Of a stretch of 64,000 bases of DNA, positions 43,036-53,334 are shown one piece after another; position 1 is the stretch's first letter, and every line of letters begins with the position of its first letter. The DNA lies in the NCBI GenBank assembly GCA_031416315.1, contig JANOTL010000201.1, positions 15,685 to 79,684 on the forward strand. The letters are read 5' to 3'. Below the pieces are notes generated by a model. It ran no database searches. It was given only the letters and a program-made list of their open reading frames with translations, and was not told where the DNA came from. Both the position numbers and the translations under genes were made by a program. This stretch comes from Pseudomonadota bacterium. GTDB lineage: Bacteria > Bdellovibrionota_B > Oligoflexia > Oligoflexales > CAIYRB01.

Positions 43036-43305
43036 ATGGCACGCCTCGCAAGCATCAATAAGTGCAACGCGGTCACTCGCAAGATCACCATTAAGAAAGA
43101 AGCTCTTCGCAAAGAATGCAAAGAGAAGAAGCTTAAATGGCGTGATGTGAAGGACAAGCTTCAGTTCTCCACCAAAGTCTACACGCGCTGTGGATGCTGT
43201 GGCCGCTCGAAAGCCGTCTACCGTAAGTTCGGCATCTGCCGTATCTGCTTCCGCCTCATGGCGCTCAAGGGACTTCTCCCCGGCGTTCGCAAAGCATCTT
43301 GGTAA
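43036..43305 (+). CDS. rpsN: 30S ribosomal protein S14 (zinc-ribbon Cys-containing form, 89 aa)
   Basis: [11 protein letters not shown]...[39 protein letters not shown]. It carries CxxC...CxxC. Confidence 0.95.
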   Translation: MARLASINKCNAVTRKITIKKEALRKECKEKKLKWRDVKDKLQFSTKVYTRCGCCGRSKAVYRKFGICRICFRLMALKGLLPGVRKASW

Positions 43306-43319
43306 GTTGAGGAAACACG

Positions 43320-43718
43320 ATGAACGTTAATGATCCCATCGCGGACCTCCTGACTCGGATCCGCAACGCACAAAAGGCCGGTCACGAAGTCGTGAGCGTT
43401 CCTGCTTCGAAAATGAAGATCGGCATCACGCATCTTCTGAAAGAAGAAGGCTTCATTCGCGCCTATAAGTGCATCCGCGACGACCGGCAGGGCATCCTGA
43501 AGATCGCGCTGAAGTACAACGACGAAGGCAAGGGCACGATCCTCGGCATCGACCGCAAGAGCTCGCCCAGCTGCCGCGTCTACATCACGCACGACCAGAT
43601 CCCGTACGTGAAGAACGGCTTCGGCCTCGGTATCCTCTCGACCTCGAAAGGTCTGATGACCGATCGCCAGGCGCGCACCGAAAAAGTCGGCGGCGAGTAC
43701 CTTCTCTCGGTTTATTGA
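43320..43718 (+). CDS. rpsH: 30S ribosomal protein S8
   Basis: MNVNDPIADLLTRIRNAQKAGHEVVSVPASKMKIGITHLLKEEGFI. Confidence 0.97.
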   Translation: MNVNDPIADLLTRIRNAQKAGHEVVSVPASKMKIGITHLLKEEGFIRAYKCIRDDRQGILKIALKYNDEGKGTILGIDRKSSPSCRVYITHDQIPYVKNGFGLGILSTSKGLMTDRQARTEKVGGEYLLSVY

Positions 43719-43753
43719 TCTCTCGATTCCGTCTCGCTTAGTGGAGCGATGTC

Positions 43754-44296
43754 ATGTCCCGGATTGGAAAACGAATCATCGAGCTGCCGAAAGGCGTCAC
43801 CCTCACCGTCAGTGGCCGTAAGGTCTCGGTGAAGGGCGCGAAGGCGACGCTCGAGCGCGAGCTTCATAAAGACATCGACGTCAAAGTCGAAGGCACGAAC
43901 GTCACCGTCGTCCCGAAGACTGAGGCGCCGGAATCGGGTCGTTACCACGGCCTGACCCGCACCCTCATCAACAACATGGTCCTCGGTGTCTCGACCGGCT
44001 TCAGCAAGAAGCTGAAGCTCGTCGGCGTCGGTTACCGTGCCGCCGCTCAGGGCAAGGGCCTGGCCCTCACCCTCGGCTTCTCGCACCCGGTGAACTTCGA
44101 TGCGCCTGCCGGCATCGAGCTCAAGGTCGACGGTCAAACGAGCATCACCGTCTCGGGCGCCGACAAAGAGCTGGTCGGCCGCGTCGCGGCTACCATCCGC
44201 GGGTTCCGTCCGCCTGAGCCGTACCACGGCAAAGGCGTGCGCTACGAAGAAGAAGTGATCCAGACCAAAGTCGGCAAAGCTGCCGGTAAGAAGTAA
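43754..44296 (+). CDS. rplF: 50S ribosomal protein L6
   Basis: MSRIGKRIIELPKGVTLTVSGRKVSVKGAKATLE...VGVGYRA...RPPEPYHGKGVRY. Confidence 0.97.
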   Translation: MSRIGKRIIELPKGVTLTVSGRKVSVKGAKATLERELHKDIDVKVEGTNVTVVPKTEAPESGRYHGLTRTLINNMVLGVSTGFSKKLKLVGVGYRAAAQGKGLALTLGFSHPVNFDAPAGIELKVDGQTSITVSGADKELVGRVAATIRGFRPPEPYHGKGVRYEEEVIQTKVGKAAGKK

Positions 44297-44308
44297 GGAA
44301 CCAGGGTC

Positions 44309-44665
44309 ATGGCCAAGACTGCGAAAAAAGCGGTACTCCGCGAGCGCCGCGCGATGCGCGGACGCAAGCGCATTACCGGAACGACCGAGCGTCCCCGCCT
44401 GTCGGTGTACCGTTCGGACAGCCACATCTCCGCGCAGATCATCGACGACACCACTGGCGTCACCCTCGCGCAGATCAGCTCGTTCGAGAAGGGCAACCAC
44501 CGCCGTGCCAGCATCCCGGTCTGCGCGGAGCTCGGCAAGAAGCTCGCTGAGCGTTGCAAGGCGAAGAATATCGGCAAGATCGTGTTCGACAAGAACGGCT
44601 TCACCTACCACGGCCGCGTGAAAGCGCTGGCAGATGGTGCGCGTGAAGGCGGTCTCGAATTCTGA
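44309..44665 (+). CDS. rplR: 50S ribosomal protein L18
   Basis: RKRITGTTERPRLSVYRSDSHISAQIIDD...FDKNGFTYHGRVKALADGAREGGLEF. Confidence 0.97.
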   Translation: MAKTAKKAVLRERRAMRGRKRITGTTERPRLSVYRSDSHISAQIIDDTTGVTLAQISSFEKGNHRRASIPVCAELGKKLAERCKAKNIGKIVFDKNGFTYHGRVKALADGAREGGLEF

Positions 44666-44676
44666 AAGGACTCCTC

Positions 44677-45543
44677 GTGGCTGAGAACGACGTCAAAGAA
44701 GGTCAAGATAAGCCCGCCGATGCGGCTCCCGAAGCTGCGCCTGCTCAGGCAGCTCCTGCGGCGGCACCTGCACAGGCGGCGCCTGCTCAACCTGCTCAAC
44801 AGCAGCAAGGCGGCGGCGGCGGCGGCGGCGGCTACGGCGGTCAACGCGGCGGCGGCGGCGGCGGAGGCCCACGTGGTCCCGGCGGCGGCGGTCAGCGCGG
44901 TCCCGGCGGCCCTCGCGGTCCCGGCGGCCCTCGCGACGGTCGCGGCGGTGGTCGTGACCAAGACGGCGAAGGCGATGGTCTCCAAGACCGCGTCGTTCAC
45001 ATCGCCCGCGTCGCGAAGGTCGTCAAAGGCGGCCGTCGCTTCAGCTTCTCGGCCCTGGTCATCGTCGGCGACGGTAAAGCGCGCGTCGGCTTCGGTCTCG
45101 GGAAAGCCGGCGAAGTTCCGGACGCGATCCGCAAGGCGTCCGAGCAAGCTAAGAAGAACCTGGTCACGATCCCCTCGGTGGACGGAACCATTCCGTTCAA
45201 CGTAGTCGGCACCTACGGCGCCTGCAAAGTCGTCATGAACCCCGCCCAAAAGGGTAAGGGGATCATCGCCGGCGGCGCCGTCCGCATCCTGACCGAGCTC
45301 GCGGGCATCCGCGACATCGTTTGCAAAGTGCACGGCACGAAGAACCCGGGATCGGTCGTGCGCGCCACGATCCAAGGTCTCCTCCAGCTGCAGACGATCG
45401 AGACCTACGCGACCAACAGGGGCACGGATCCGACGACGGCGCAGCAAAAGCGCCACGTCAAGACCACCAAGGCCGCTCCGGCCGTCGGTGCGACCGCTCC
45501 GGCGACGCCTGCGAAGCCGGCCGCCGCAAAACCTAAGAAGTAA
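44677..45543 (+). CDS. rpsE: 30S ribosomal protein S5 with a ~100-aa A/P/Q then Gly/Arg-rich N-terminal extension and a basic C-terminal tail
   Basis: The S5 core runs from [32 protein letters not shown]... to ...[16 protein letters not shown]. The N-terminal extension contains [50 protein letters not shown]. The start codon is GTG. Confidence 0.93.
   Translation: MAENDVKEGQDKPADAAPEAAPAQAAPAAAPAQAAPAQPAQQQQGGGGGGGGYGGQRGGGGGGGPRGPGGGGQRGPGGPRGPGGPRDGRGGGRDQDGEGDGLQDRVVHIARVAKVVKGGRRFSFSALVIVGDGKARVGFGLGKAGEVPDAIRKASEQAKKNLVTIPSVDGTIPFNVVGTYGACKVVMNPAQKGKGIIAGGAVRILTELAGIRDIVCKVHGTKNPGSVVRATIQGLLQLQTIETYATNRGTDPTTAQQKRHVKTTKAAPAVGATAPATPAKPAAAKPKK
44809..44832. repeat. (GGC)8 trinucleotide microsatellite inside the rpsE 5' extension
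   Basis: Read directly from the sequence. A second, shorter (GGC)5 run follows at about 44848-44862. Confidence 0.95.
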
Positions 45544-45555
45544 CGGGTTATCACC

Positions 45556-45738
45556 ATGGCTACCATCATCGTGAAGCAAACGAAGAGCCTGATCAGCGAG
45601 CCTGAGAAGATTCGCCTGGTCGTCAAAGGCCTCGGTCTGCACCACATCGGTCACACCAAGACCCACAAAGACAACAACTGCATCCGCGGCATGATCAACA
45701 AGGTCAAGCATCTCGTTAAGTACGAGCTGAAGGCCTGA
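45556..45738 (+). CDS. rpmD: 50S ribosomal protein L30
   Basis: MATIIVKQTKSLISEPEKIRLVVKGLGLHHIGHTKTHKDNNCIRGMINKVKHLV. Confidence 0.95.
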   Translation: MATIIVKQTKSLISEPEKIRLVVKGLGLHHIGHTKTHKDNNCIRGMINKVKHLVKYELKA

Positions 45739-45755
45739 GCATTTAGGGTAGTCCC

Positions 45756-46298
45756 ATGGCTGACAAGAAGACCAAAGAAGCGGCTCCCAAGGCCGTCAAC
45801 AAGAAGAAAAAGACCGAAGCGAAGACGGAAGCGACGGGCATGAAGTCCCTCGCCAACCTCTCGCCGAACCCGGGCTCGCACCGGACGCGGAAGCGTCTCG
45901 GCCGCGGCATCGGCTCCGGTCTCGGCAAGACTGCAGGGCGTGGCCACAAGGGCCAGCGCGCTCGTAAGTCCGGCAACGTCCGTGCCGGCTTCGAAGGCGG
46001 CCAGATGAAGCTCTACATGCGCCTCCCGAAGCGCGGCTTCACGAACCTCTTCCGCACCGAGTACAACGTCATCAACCTCGACCAACTCGCGAAGATCTTT
46101 CCGGCCGGCGCCAAAGTCGACCACAAGACTCTGGATGAGAAAGGTCTCCTCCGTTTCGGCGACCGTCCCGTCAAGCTCTTGGGTCGCGGCACTCTCAGCC
46201 ACAAGCTGGAAGTTTCCGTCCACCGCGCCAGCGACTCCGCGAAATCGGCAGTTGAAAAGGCCGGCGGAACCCTTAAGATCATTGACAAATTGATCTAA
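45756..46298 (+). CDS. rplO: 50S ribosomal protein L15 with a Lys-rich N-terminal extension
   Basis: The core is [38 protein letters not shown]-like. It is preceded by [28 protein letters not shown]. Confidence 0.95.
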   Translation: [180 protein letters not shown]

Positions 46299-46323
46299 GG
46301 TCTCGAACTGAGGAGTACGGCGC

Positions 46324-47649
46324 GTGGGGCAACGCATCTCGAAGCTACCTGAAGGGACTCTCAACCACCTTCAGAAAAAGATCTTGTTCACGCTGGGCTT
46401 CCTCGCGTTGTATCGCATCGGCGTGCACGTTCCGATCCCCGGGGTGAACACGGCCGCGCTCGCTGATTTCTTCAAGAATCAGGGCGCGAACCTGTTCGGC
46501 ATGTTCAACATGTTCTCCGGCGGTGCGCTCGAGCGCTTCAGCGTTTGCGCACTCGGCGTCATGCCATACATCTCCGCCTCCATCATCGCGCAACTCCTCA
46601 CGGTCGTAGTTCCTCACCTCGAGCAGCTTTCGAAAGAGGGCGACGCGGGCCGCAAGAAGATCACGCAATACACGCGTTACGGCGCCGTGATCCTCGCCGT
46701 CGTGCAGGGCACCATGATCGCCAACACGCTCGAGCTTTCGGCGCCGACGGGACAGAGCCTGGTGCTCGACCCGAGCCTCACCTGGAAGATCGTCACGGTC
46801 CTCTCGCTGACGGCCGGAACGGCCTTCATCATGTGGCTCGGCGAACAGATCACCGAGCGCGGTGTCGGCAACGGCATGTCTCTCGTCATCTTCGCCGGCA
46901 TCGTCGCGAGCCTTCCGCAGGTCATCACCGGAACTTATTCGCAGGTCAACAACCAAGAGATGGGGATGCCCCAGGTTCTGTTGATCGTCGGTGTCTGTCT
47001 CGCCGTGACCGCGGGCGTCGTGTTCATCGAGCAAGGCGCTCGTCAGGTTCCCGTGCAATACGCCAAGCGACAAGTCGGTCGTAAAGTGTACGGCGGCCAG
47101 AACTCGCACCTTCCCATTCGCGTCAATTCGGCCGGTGTCATTCCGCCGATCTTCGCGTCCTCGCTTCTCCAGTTTCCCGTGACCATCCAGGGCTTCTGGC
47201 CGGAGACCCCGGTCGGCGTCGCGCTGAACCTGCTCTTCGTGCCGGGCGGCTGGTTCTACAACCTCGTGTATATCGCCATGATCGTCTTCTTCGCATTCTT
47301 CTACACGTCGATCACGTTCAAAGCGGACGATATCGCGGAGAACCTGAAGAAGCACGGCGGCTTCATCCCCGGCATCCGTCCAGGCGCTCGGACCGCCGAG
47401 TTCCTGCAGAAGGTCGTCAGTCGCTTGACCCTGACCGGCGCGCTCTACCTCGCGGCCCTCTGCGTTCTTCCTTCAGTTCTAACCTCTCGCTTCAACGTCC
47501 AGTTCTACTTCGGCGGCACTTCGCTGCTGATCGTGGTCGGCGTCGCGCTCGAGACTTTCCGCCAGATCGACGCCCATCGCCAGTCGCTGCGGTATGACGC
47601 GTTCCTGAAAGGCACCAGCATCCGTCCGAGGAGTGGGAGCAGAGCATGA
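46324..47649 (+). CDS. secY: Preprotein translocase subunit SecY
   Basis: 441 aa with 10 TM helices. LGFLALYRIGVHVPIPGVN, GALERFSVCALGVMPYISASII and GMSLVIFAGIV are present. Confidence 0.97.
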   Translation: MGQRISKLPEGTLNHLQKKILFTLGFLALYRIGVHVPIPGVNTAALADFFKNQGANLFGMFNMFSGGALERFSVCALGVMPYISASIIAQLLTVVVPHLEQLSKEGDAGRKKITQYTRYGAVILAVVQGTMIANTLELSAPTGQSLVLDPSLTWKIVTVLSLTAGTAFIMWLGEQITERGVGNGMSLVIFAGIVASLPQVITGTYSQVNNQEMGMPQVLLIVGVCLAVTAGVVFIEQGARQVPVQYAKRQVGRKVYGGQNSHLPIRVNSAGVIPPIFASSLLQFPVTIQGFWPETPVGVALNLLFVPGGWFYNLVYIAMIVFFAFFYTSITFKADDIAENLKKHGGFIPGIRPGARTAEFLQKVVSRLTLTGALYLAALCVLPSVLTSRFNVQFYFGGTSLLIVVGVALETFRQIDAHRQSLRYDAFLKGTSIRPRSGSRA

Positions 47650-48281
47650 TCGTCGTTCTCACCGGGGCACCGGGTGCCGGCAAAGGCACCCAAGCCGATC
47701 TCCTCGCAGAGCGCGGTGGCTTCCGCAAGCTCTCGACCGGTGACGCGTTGCGCAAGCACGTCAAAGCCGGGACGGACATCGGCAAAGTGGCCGGCAAGAT
47801 CATGGAGCGAGGCGAGCTCGTTCCCGACGACGTCCTTTTCGAGATTCTGAAGGCCGAGCTCGGCGCGGGCAAGGGTACGGTCCTCCTGGACGGCTACCCC
47901 CGCAACGTGTCCCAAGCCACGACCTTGGACGGCCTCAAGGCCACGTTTCCGATCACCTCGGTCGTTCACCTGGACGTGCCTCGGGAGGAGCTGATCTCGC
48001 GCCTGTCCGGGCGCCGGGTCTGCGCGAGCTGCGGTTCGACTTACCATGTCAAATCAGGCCCTTCCAAGACTGAGGGCGTTTGTGACAAGTGCGGCGGTCA
48101 GCTCCAGCAAAGGGCCGACGACAATCCGGAAAGCGTCGCGGTCCGCCTCGACGTTTACGAAAAGAACACCCGACCCATCCTCGACTTCTACGAGAAAAAG
48201 GGCCTCTACCGGAAGGTACCCGGTGTTGGCTCGACCGAAGAGATCTTCCGGAGATTGAAAGAGGTCATCGGTACCGTCTGA
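47646..48281 (+). CDS. adk: Adenylate kinase (zinc-lid type)
   Basis: It has the P-loop GAPGAGKGTQA and a lid with CASCGSTYH...CDKCGG. Its start makes an ATGA overlap with secY. Confidence 0.96.
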   Translation: MIVVLTGAPGAGKGTQADLLAERGGFRKLSTGDALRKHVKAGTDIGKVAGKIMERGELVPDDVLFEILKAELGAGKGTVLLDGYPRNVSQATTLDGLKATFPITSVVHLDVPREELISRLSGRRVCASCGSTYHVKSGPSKTEGVCDKCGGQLQQRADDNPESVAVRLDVYEKNTRPILDFYEKKGLYRKVPGVGSTEEIFRRLKEVIGTV

Positions 48282-48338
48282 AACTTGCCCAGGTCAAGGA
48301 CTTGGGGTAGGGTTGCGCACTTCGAAACGTGGGGATTC

Positions 48339-48557
48339 ATGGCCAAGGAAGATGTCATTGAGGTCGAGGGGACGGTAAAAGAGCCTCTTCCGAACGCAAT
48401 GTTCAAAGTAATGCTCGAGAATGGCCATGAAGTGCTCGCTCATATCAGTGGAAAAATGCGGATGCACTTCATTCGCATCCTGCCCGGAGACAAAGTGAAG
48501 CTCGAGATCTCGCCCTACGATTTGAGTCGTGGGCGGATCGTTTACCGGTCCAAGTGA
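48339..48557 (+). CDS. infA: Translation initiation factor IF-1
   Basis: [70 protein letters not shown]. The track ORF starts too early, at 48285. Confidence 0.97.
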   Translation: MAKEDVIEVEGTVKEPLPNAMFKVMLENGHEVLAHISGKMRMHFIRILPGDKVKLEISPYDLSRGRIVYRSK

Positions 48558-48573
48558 AGACAAGGGACGACGT

Positions 48574-48687
48574 ATGAAAGTTCGCGCTAGTGTCAAACCG
48601 ATGTGTGAGAAGTGCAAGGTCATCCGCAGGGCCGGTGTCGTCCGCGTGATCTGCGAAGTGAAAAAACACAAGCAGCGTCAAGGCTGA
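48574..48687 (+). CDS. rpmJ: 50S ribosomal protein L36
   Basis: Absent from the ORF track because it is shorter than 60 aa. My translation gives [37 protein letters not shown]. The position between infA and rpsM is canonical. Confidence 0.95.
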   Translation: MKVRASVKPMCEKCKVIRRAGVVRVICEVKKHKQRQG

Positions 48688-48703
48688 GTTGGAGATCTGA
48701 TTC

Positions 48704-49084
48704 ATGGCTCGTATTGCAGGTGTCGACCTTCCGGGTAAGAAGCGCATTGATATCGCTCTCCAGCATATCTACGGCGTCGGTAAACACGTCGCGGCACGCA
48801 TCGTCGAAACGGCGAAGCTCAATCCGCTGATGAAGGCCGACGATCTCGACCCGACCCAGGTCAACGAGATTCGTAAAGCGCTCGATACGTTCACCGTCGA
48901 AGGCGACCTTCGTCGCGAGATCGCGCTGAACATCAAGCGTCTGGTCGACCTCGGCTGCTACCGCGGCTATCGCCATCGCAAAGGTCTTCCGGTGCGCGGC
49001 CAGCGCTCCAAGACGAACGCTCGTACCCGTAAGGGTCCGCGCAAGACCGTCGCCGGCAAGAAAAAAGCTCCGACCGCTAAATAA
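48704..49084 (+). CDS. rpsM: 30S ribosomal protein S13
   Basis: [26 protein letters not shown]...[28 protein letters not shown]. Confidence 0.97.
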   Translation: MARIAGVDLPGKKRIDIALQHIYGVGKHVAARIVETAKLNPLMKADDLDPTQVNEIRKALDTFTVEGDLRREIALNIKRLVDLGCYRGYRHRKGLPVRGQRSKTNARTRKGPRKTVAGKKKAPTAK

Positions 49085-49117
49085 GACTGAAGTCGATAAC
49101 TCGATAGGACTCGCGGC

Positions 49118-49501
49118 ATGAAAGCACCTGTCAAAAAGAAGAAGGTCAAGCGTAACGTCCCCCAGGGCGTGGCGCACATTAAAGCGACCTTCAACAACAC
49201 GATCATCACCTTCACCGACGTCAACGGCGACGTCGTGTCGTGGTCGACTTCCGGCGCCAAAGGCTTCAAGGGCTCGCGTAAAAGCACGCCCTTCGCAGCT
49301 CAGGTCGCAGCGGAAGAGGCCGCGCGCAAGGCGATGGACTCCGGCATGCGCACCTGCGTGGTGCTCATCAACGGACCGGGCGCTGGTCGCGAGAGCGCCG
49401 TGCGCGCGATTGCCTCTACGGGCATGAAGGTCACCTTGCTGAAAGACGTTACCCCGATTCCGCATAACGGATGCCGCGCTCCCAAGCGCCGTCGCGTCTG
49501 A
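49118..49501 (+). CDS. rpsK: 30S ribosomal protein S11
   Basis: [46 protein letters not shown]...[15 protein letters not shown]. Confidence 0.97.
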   Translation: MKAPVKKKKVKRNVPQGVAHIKATFNNTIITFTDVNGDVVSWSTSGAKGFKGSRKSTPFAAQVAAEEAARKAMDSGMRTCVVLINGPGAGRESAVRAIASTGMKVTLLKDVTPIPHNGCRAPKRRRV

Positions 49502-49556
49502 TTCGAGCGGGATGATCACCTTACTATTTTTTTGAGATCCACCGGAGGATTAGGCG

Positions 49557-50183
49557 TTGGCTAGATATTCAGGTCCCGTGTGCAGGCACTGCCGCCGTGA
49601 AGGGATGAAACTGTACCTCAAGGGCGAGCGTTGCATGACGGACCGTTGCGCGATCGAGCGCCGTCCGACGCCCCCCGGTCAGCACGGCGCGAAGCGCGGC
49701 AAAGTGTCCGAGTTCGGCACGCAGCTGCGCGAGAAGCAAAAGGTGAAGCGCGTCTACGGCATGATGGAGAAGCAGTTCCGTCTGTTCTTCCGTCGCGCCG
49801 CTCTTGAGCGCGGCGTCACGTCCGACATCTTCTTCCGTAAGCTCGAGCTCCGTCTCGACAACGTCGTCTTCCGCATGGGTTTTGCCCGCAGCCGTAACGA
49901 AGGCCGTCAGGTCGTTCGTCACAACCACATCTTGGTCAACGGCAAGCGTTGCAACATTCCGAGCGCGCAGATGAAGGTCGGAGACGAAGTCTCCGTCATC
50001 GAAGCGAGCAAAAAGGGCGTCACCACCGTCGCGTCGGCCGACGTGTTCGCGAAGCGCGCCGCGCTGCCGTGGATGCAAGTCGATCACGCGAAGTCGACCG
50101 GCAAAGTCATCGCCAACCCGACGCGCGACGACATCCATCTGCCGGTCAAAGAGCGCCTGATCGTCGAGCTCTACTCGAAGTAA
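49557..50183 (+). CDS. rpsD: 30S ribosomal protein S4
   Basis: [26 protein letters not shown]...[36 protein letters not shown]. The start codon is TTG. Confidence 0.97.
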   Translation: [208 protein letters not shown]

Positions 50184-50206
50184 ATCGGACTTAGGGAGTC
50201 GAACAT

Positions 50207-51217
<1,011 letters not shown>

Positions 51218-51226
51218 GGGTTCGTC

Positions 51227-51709
51227 ATGCGCCATCTTCACGGTTACAGAAAACTCGGACGCATCTCGTCGCACCGTCGCGCGATGCTCCGGAACATGAC
51301 CACTTCGCTGCTTATGCACGAGCGCATCGAGACCACGGTCGAGAAGGCGAAAGAGCTGCGTCGCGTCGCGGAAAAGATGATCACCCTCGGCAAGCGCGGC
51401 GACCTGCACGCGCGTCGCCAGGCGGCGTCCTACCTTTTCGACGACTCGGTCGTACAGAAAGTCTTCTCGGAGATCGCCGGTCGCTTCAAAGACCGCAAGG
51501 GTGGTTACACCCGGATCATCAAGAAGGGCTTCCGCTTCGGTGACGGCGCCGATCTCGCCTTCCTCGAGCTCGTCGACTATCAAGAAGTGAAAGCGGCCAA
51601 GGACAAGGCCGACGGCAAGGCTGTCAAAGCCGATCCGGCGCCCAAGAAGGCCGCAGCGCCGAAAGCCCCGAAGGCCGAGAAGGCTCCGAAGGCTAAGAAA
51701 GAGGCCTGA
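51227..51709 (+). CDS. rplQ: 50S ribosomal protein L17 with a K/A/P-rich C-terminal tail
   Basis: [56 protein letters not shown]. The tail is [39 protein letters not shown]. Confidence 0.96.
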   Translation: MRHLHGYRKLGRISSHRRAMLRNMTTSLLMHERIETTVEKAKELRRVAEKMITLGKRGDLHARRQAASYLFDDSVVQKVFSEIAGRFKDRKGGYTRIIKKGFRFGDGADLAFLELVDYQEVKAAKDKADGKAVKADPAPKKAAAPKAPKAEKAPKAKKEA

Positions 51710-51754
51710 GTCGTCGATGCGCTGCCTCGGCAAGCGCCTCGATCGATCGATCAA

Positions 51755-51781
51755 CCCCGCGACATCGCGGGGTTTTTCTTT
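51755..51781 (+). terminator. Rho-independent terminator after the alpha operon
   Basis: The 7-bp GC stem CCCCGCG-ACAT-CGCGGGG is followed by TTTTTCTTT, 45 nt after the rplQ stop. Confidence 0.8.
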
Positions 51782-51823
51782 CGTGCTACAATCATGGCAG
51801 ACCCCAAAGACAAAGGAGCCGGC

Positions 51824-52246
51824 ATGCGATCCTGCGCAGCGCTTTCTGGACTTTTCGCTCTTGCCCTCTCTCTCACCTCGTCCGGCTGCATGAAGCTGGC
51901 GGAGGCGGAAGCGTTGGTCGATCGACGCCTCTTCAATCAGGTTGGCGGCACGCTCTTCTCGACGCCGGACCTCTTTTCGATGAAAGAGATCCATCTCGAC
52001 GCGAGCCGAACCAAGGGCAAGGAGTTGATCCTCGAGGGTGCCGTCGCGGAAGCGAGCGAGCACGGCACTTACCTCGTTCTAAAGGACGAAGCGGCGCGCC
52101 TTCTCGTGGTGCTCACGGACATTGCAGGCTCGACGACGACGCTCGCGAAGAACGGGGCGCAGAAGGTAAAGGTCTGGGGTACGCTTGAGACCGGAAAGAA
52201 GGGCCTCCCCTTTCTGAAAGCGAAAGCTCTCACTCTGGTCCCTTGA
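51824..52246 (+). CDS. Hypothetical lipoprotein
   Basis: ATG 51824 has an AAGGAG Shine-Dalgarno sequence. MRSCAALSGLFALALSLTSSGC gives a lipobox. I do not recognise a family. Confidence 0.6.
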   Translation: MRSCAALSGLFALALSLTSSGCMKLAEAEALVDRRLFNQVGGTLFSTPDLFSMKEIHLDASRTKGKELILEGAVAEASEHGTYLVLKDEAARLLVVLTDIAGSTTTLAKNGAQKVKVWGTLETGKKGLPFLKAKALTLVP

Positions 52247-53334
52247 TGACGCTCTTCTGGTACATCCTGCGCGACTACATCAAGTACGTGGTCGGCACGA
52301 TCGTGCTCACGGTGTTCCTTTTCGTCTTGTTCGACTTCATCCACAAGACGACCTCTTACTTCGCGAAGCACAATCCTCCCGGCGAGCTGATCTTTCGCTA
52401 CTACGTGTTCCAGATCCCAGGGCAGATCGTGCAAGCACTGCCGATTGCCGGGCTTTTGGCCTCGGTCATCTGCATGATCCTGCTGTCGCGTACGAACGAG
52501 ATCACGGCGATGCGGGCGGCGGGGATGGGGCCCTTTCGGATCGGTTTGCCCTTGGCCGTCGGCGGCCTGATCCTTAGCGCTTTGTCGTTCGTGGTCGGCG
52601 AATGGTTCGTGCCGCGATTCGCCCAGAAGGTGCATTACATCCAACAGGTGCAGATCGAGAAAGAGAAGGACGATGAGGTCGTCGGCGGCGCGCGGTGGCT
52701 GCGCGCCGGCTCGCAGCTGGTGAACTTCCGCGACTACGACGCGATCTCTCAGACGCTGACCGGGCTGCGGATGATCGACGTGCGGGCGAACTTTCGCGCG
52801 GAGCGCATGATCGAGTCGGACGTCGCGGTGTACAAGGCCGACACCAAAGCTTGGCTCATGCAAAAGACGCGGACGTCGTACTTCAAGCGGAACGGGACGC
52901 TCGATCGGATCGAGGACACCGGGGATATTCCCGTGACTCTGCCGGTCGAGCCGAAGAAGCTGAAGAAGGACCGTCGCCGGCCCCAGGAGCTGAAGTTCCG
53001 GGAGCTGGGTGACGTGGTCGCGCGCGGAGAGCAGTCGGGTATCGACATCCTTCCGTACAAGATCGATTACCACGGGAAGTTCGCGTACCCCTTCGCAGCC
53101 TTCGTCGTCAGCCTGATCGGCCTAAAGTTCGGCTACAAGAGCGAGCGGGCGACCGAGACGGCCAAGGGCATCTTGTTCGCCTTCGCCATCGGCTTCGGCT
53201 ATTGGTTCGTGTTGTCGGCGTCGCGGGCGCTCGGCTTGCGCGGCGACGTGCATCCGTTCATCTCGGCTTGGATGGCCAACGTCGTGACGCTCAGCGTGAT
53301 TCTCGGCGTCATTTGGGGAGCGAAGAAGGCATGA
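52246..53334 (+). CDS. LPS export ABC transporter permease, LptF/LptG (YjgP/YjgQ) family
   Basis: MTLFWYILRDYIKYVVGTIVLTVFLFVLFDFI... is the typical N-terminus. It has 6 TM helices and a periplasmic domain in the middle. The ATG overlaps the upstream TGA. Confidence 0.82.
   Translation: MTLFWYILRDYIKYVVGTIVLTVFLFVLFDFIHKTTSYFAKHNPPGELIFRYYVFQIPGQIVQALPIAGLLASVICMILLSRTNEITAMRAAGMGPFRIGLPLAVGGLILSALSFVVGEWFVPRFAQKVHYIQQVQIEKEKDDEVVGGARWLRAGSQLVNFRDYDAISQTLTGLRMIDVRANFRAERMIESDVAVYKADTKAWLMQKTRTSYFKRNGTLDRIEDTGDIPVTLPVEPKKLKKDRRRPQELKFRELGDVVARGEQSGIDILPYKIDYHGKFAYPFAAFVVSLIGLKFGYKSERATETAKGILFAFAIGFGYWFVLSASRALGLRGDVHPFISAWMANVVTLSVILGVIWGAKKA

Noticed and set aside
44605-45711. 368-aa minus-strand ORF opposite rpsE and rpmD.
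   Set aside because: It is the antisense shadow of S5, including its Gly/Ala-rich extension. The ribosomal protein cluster is unambiguously on the plus strand.
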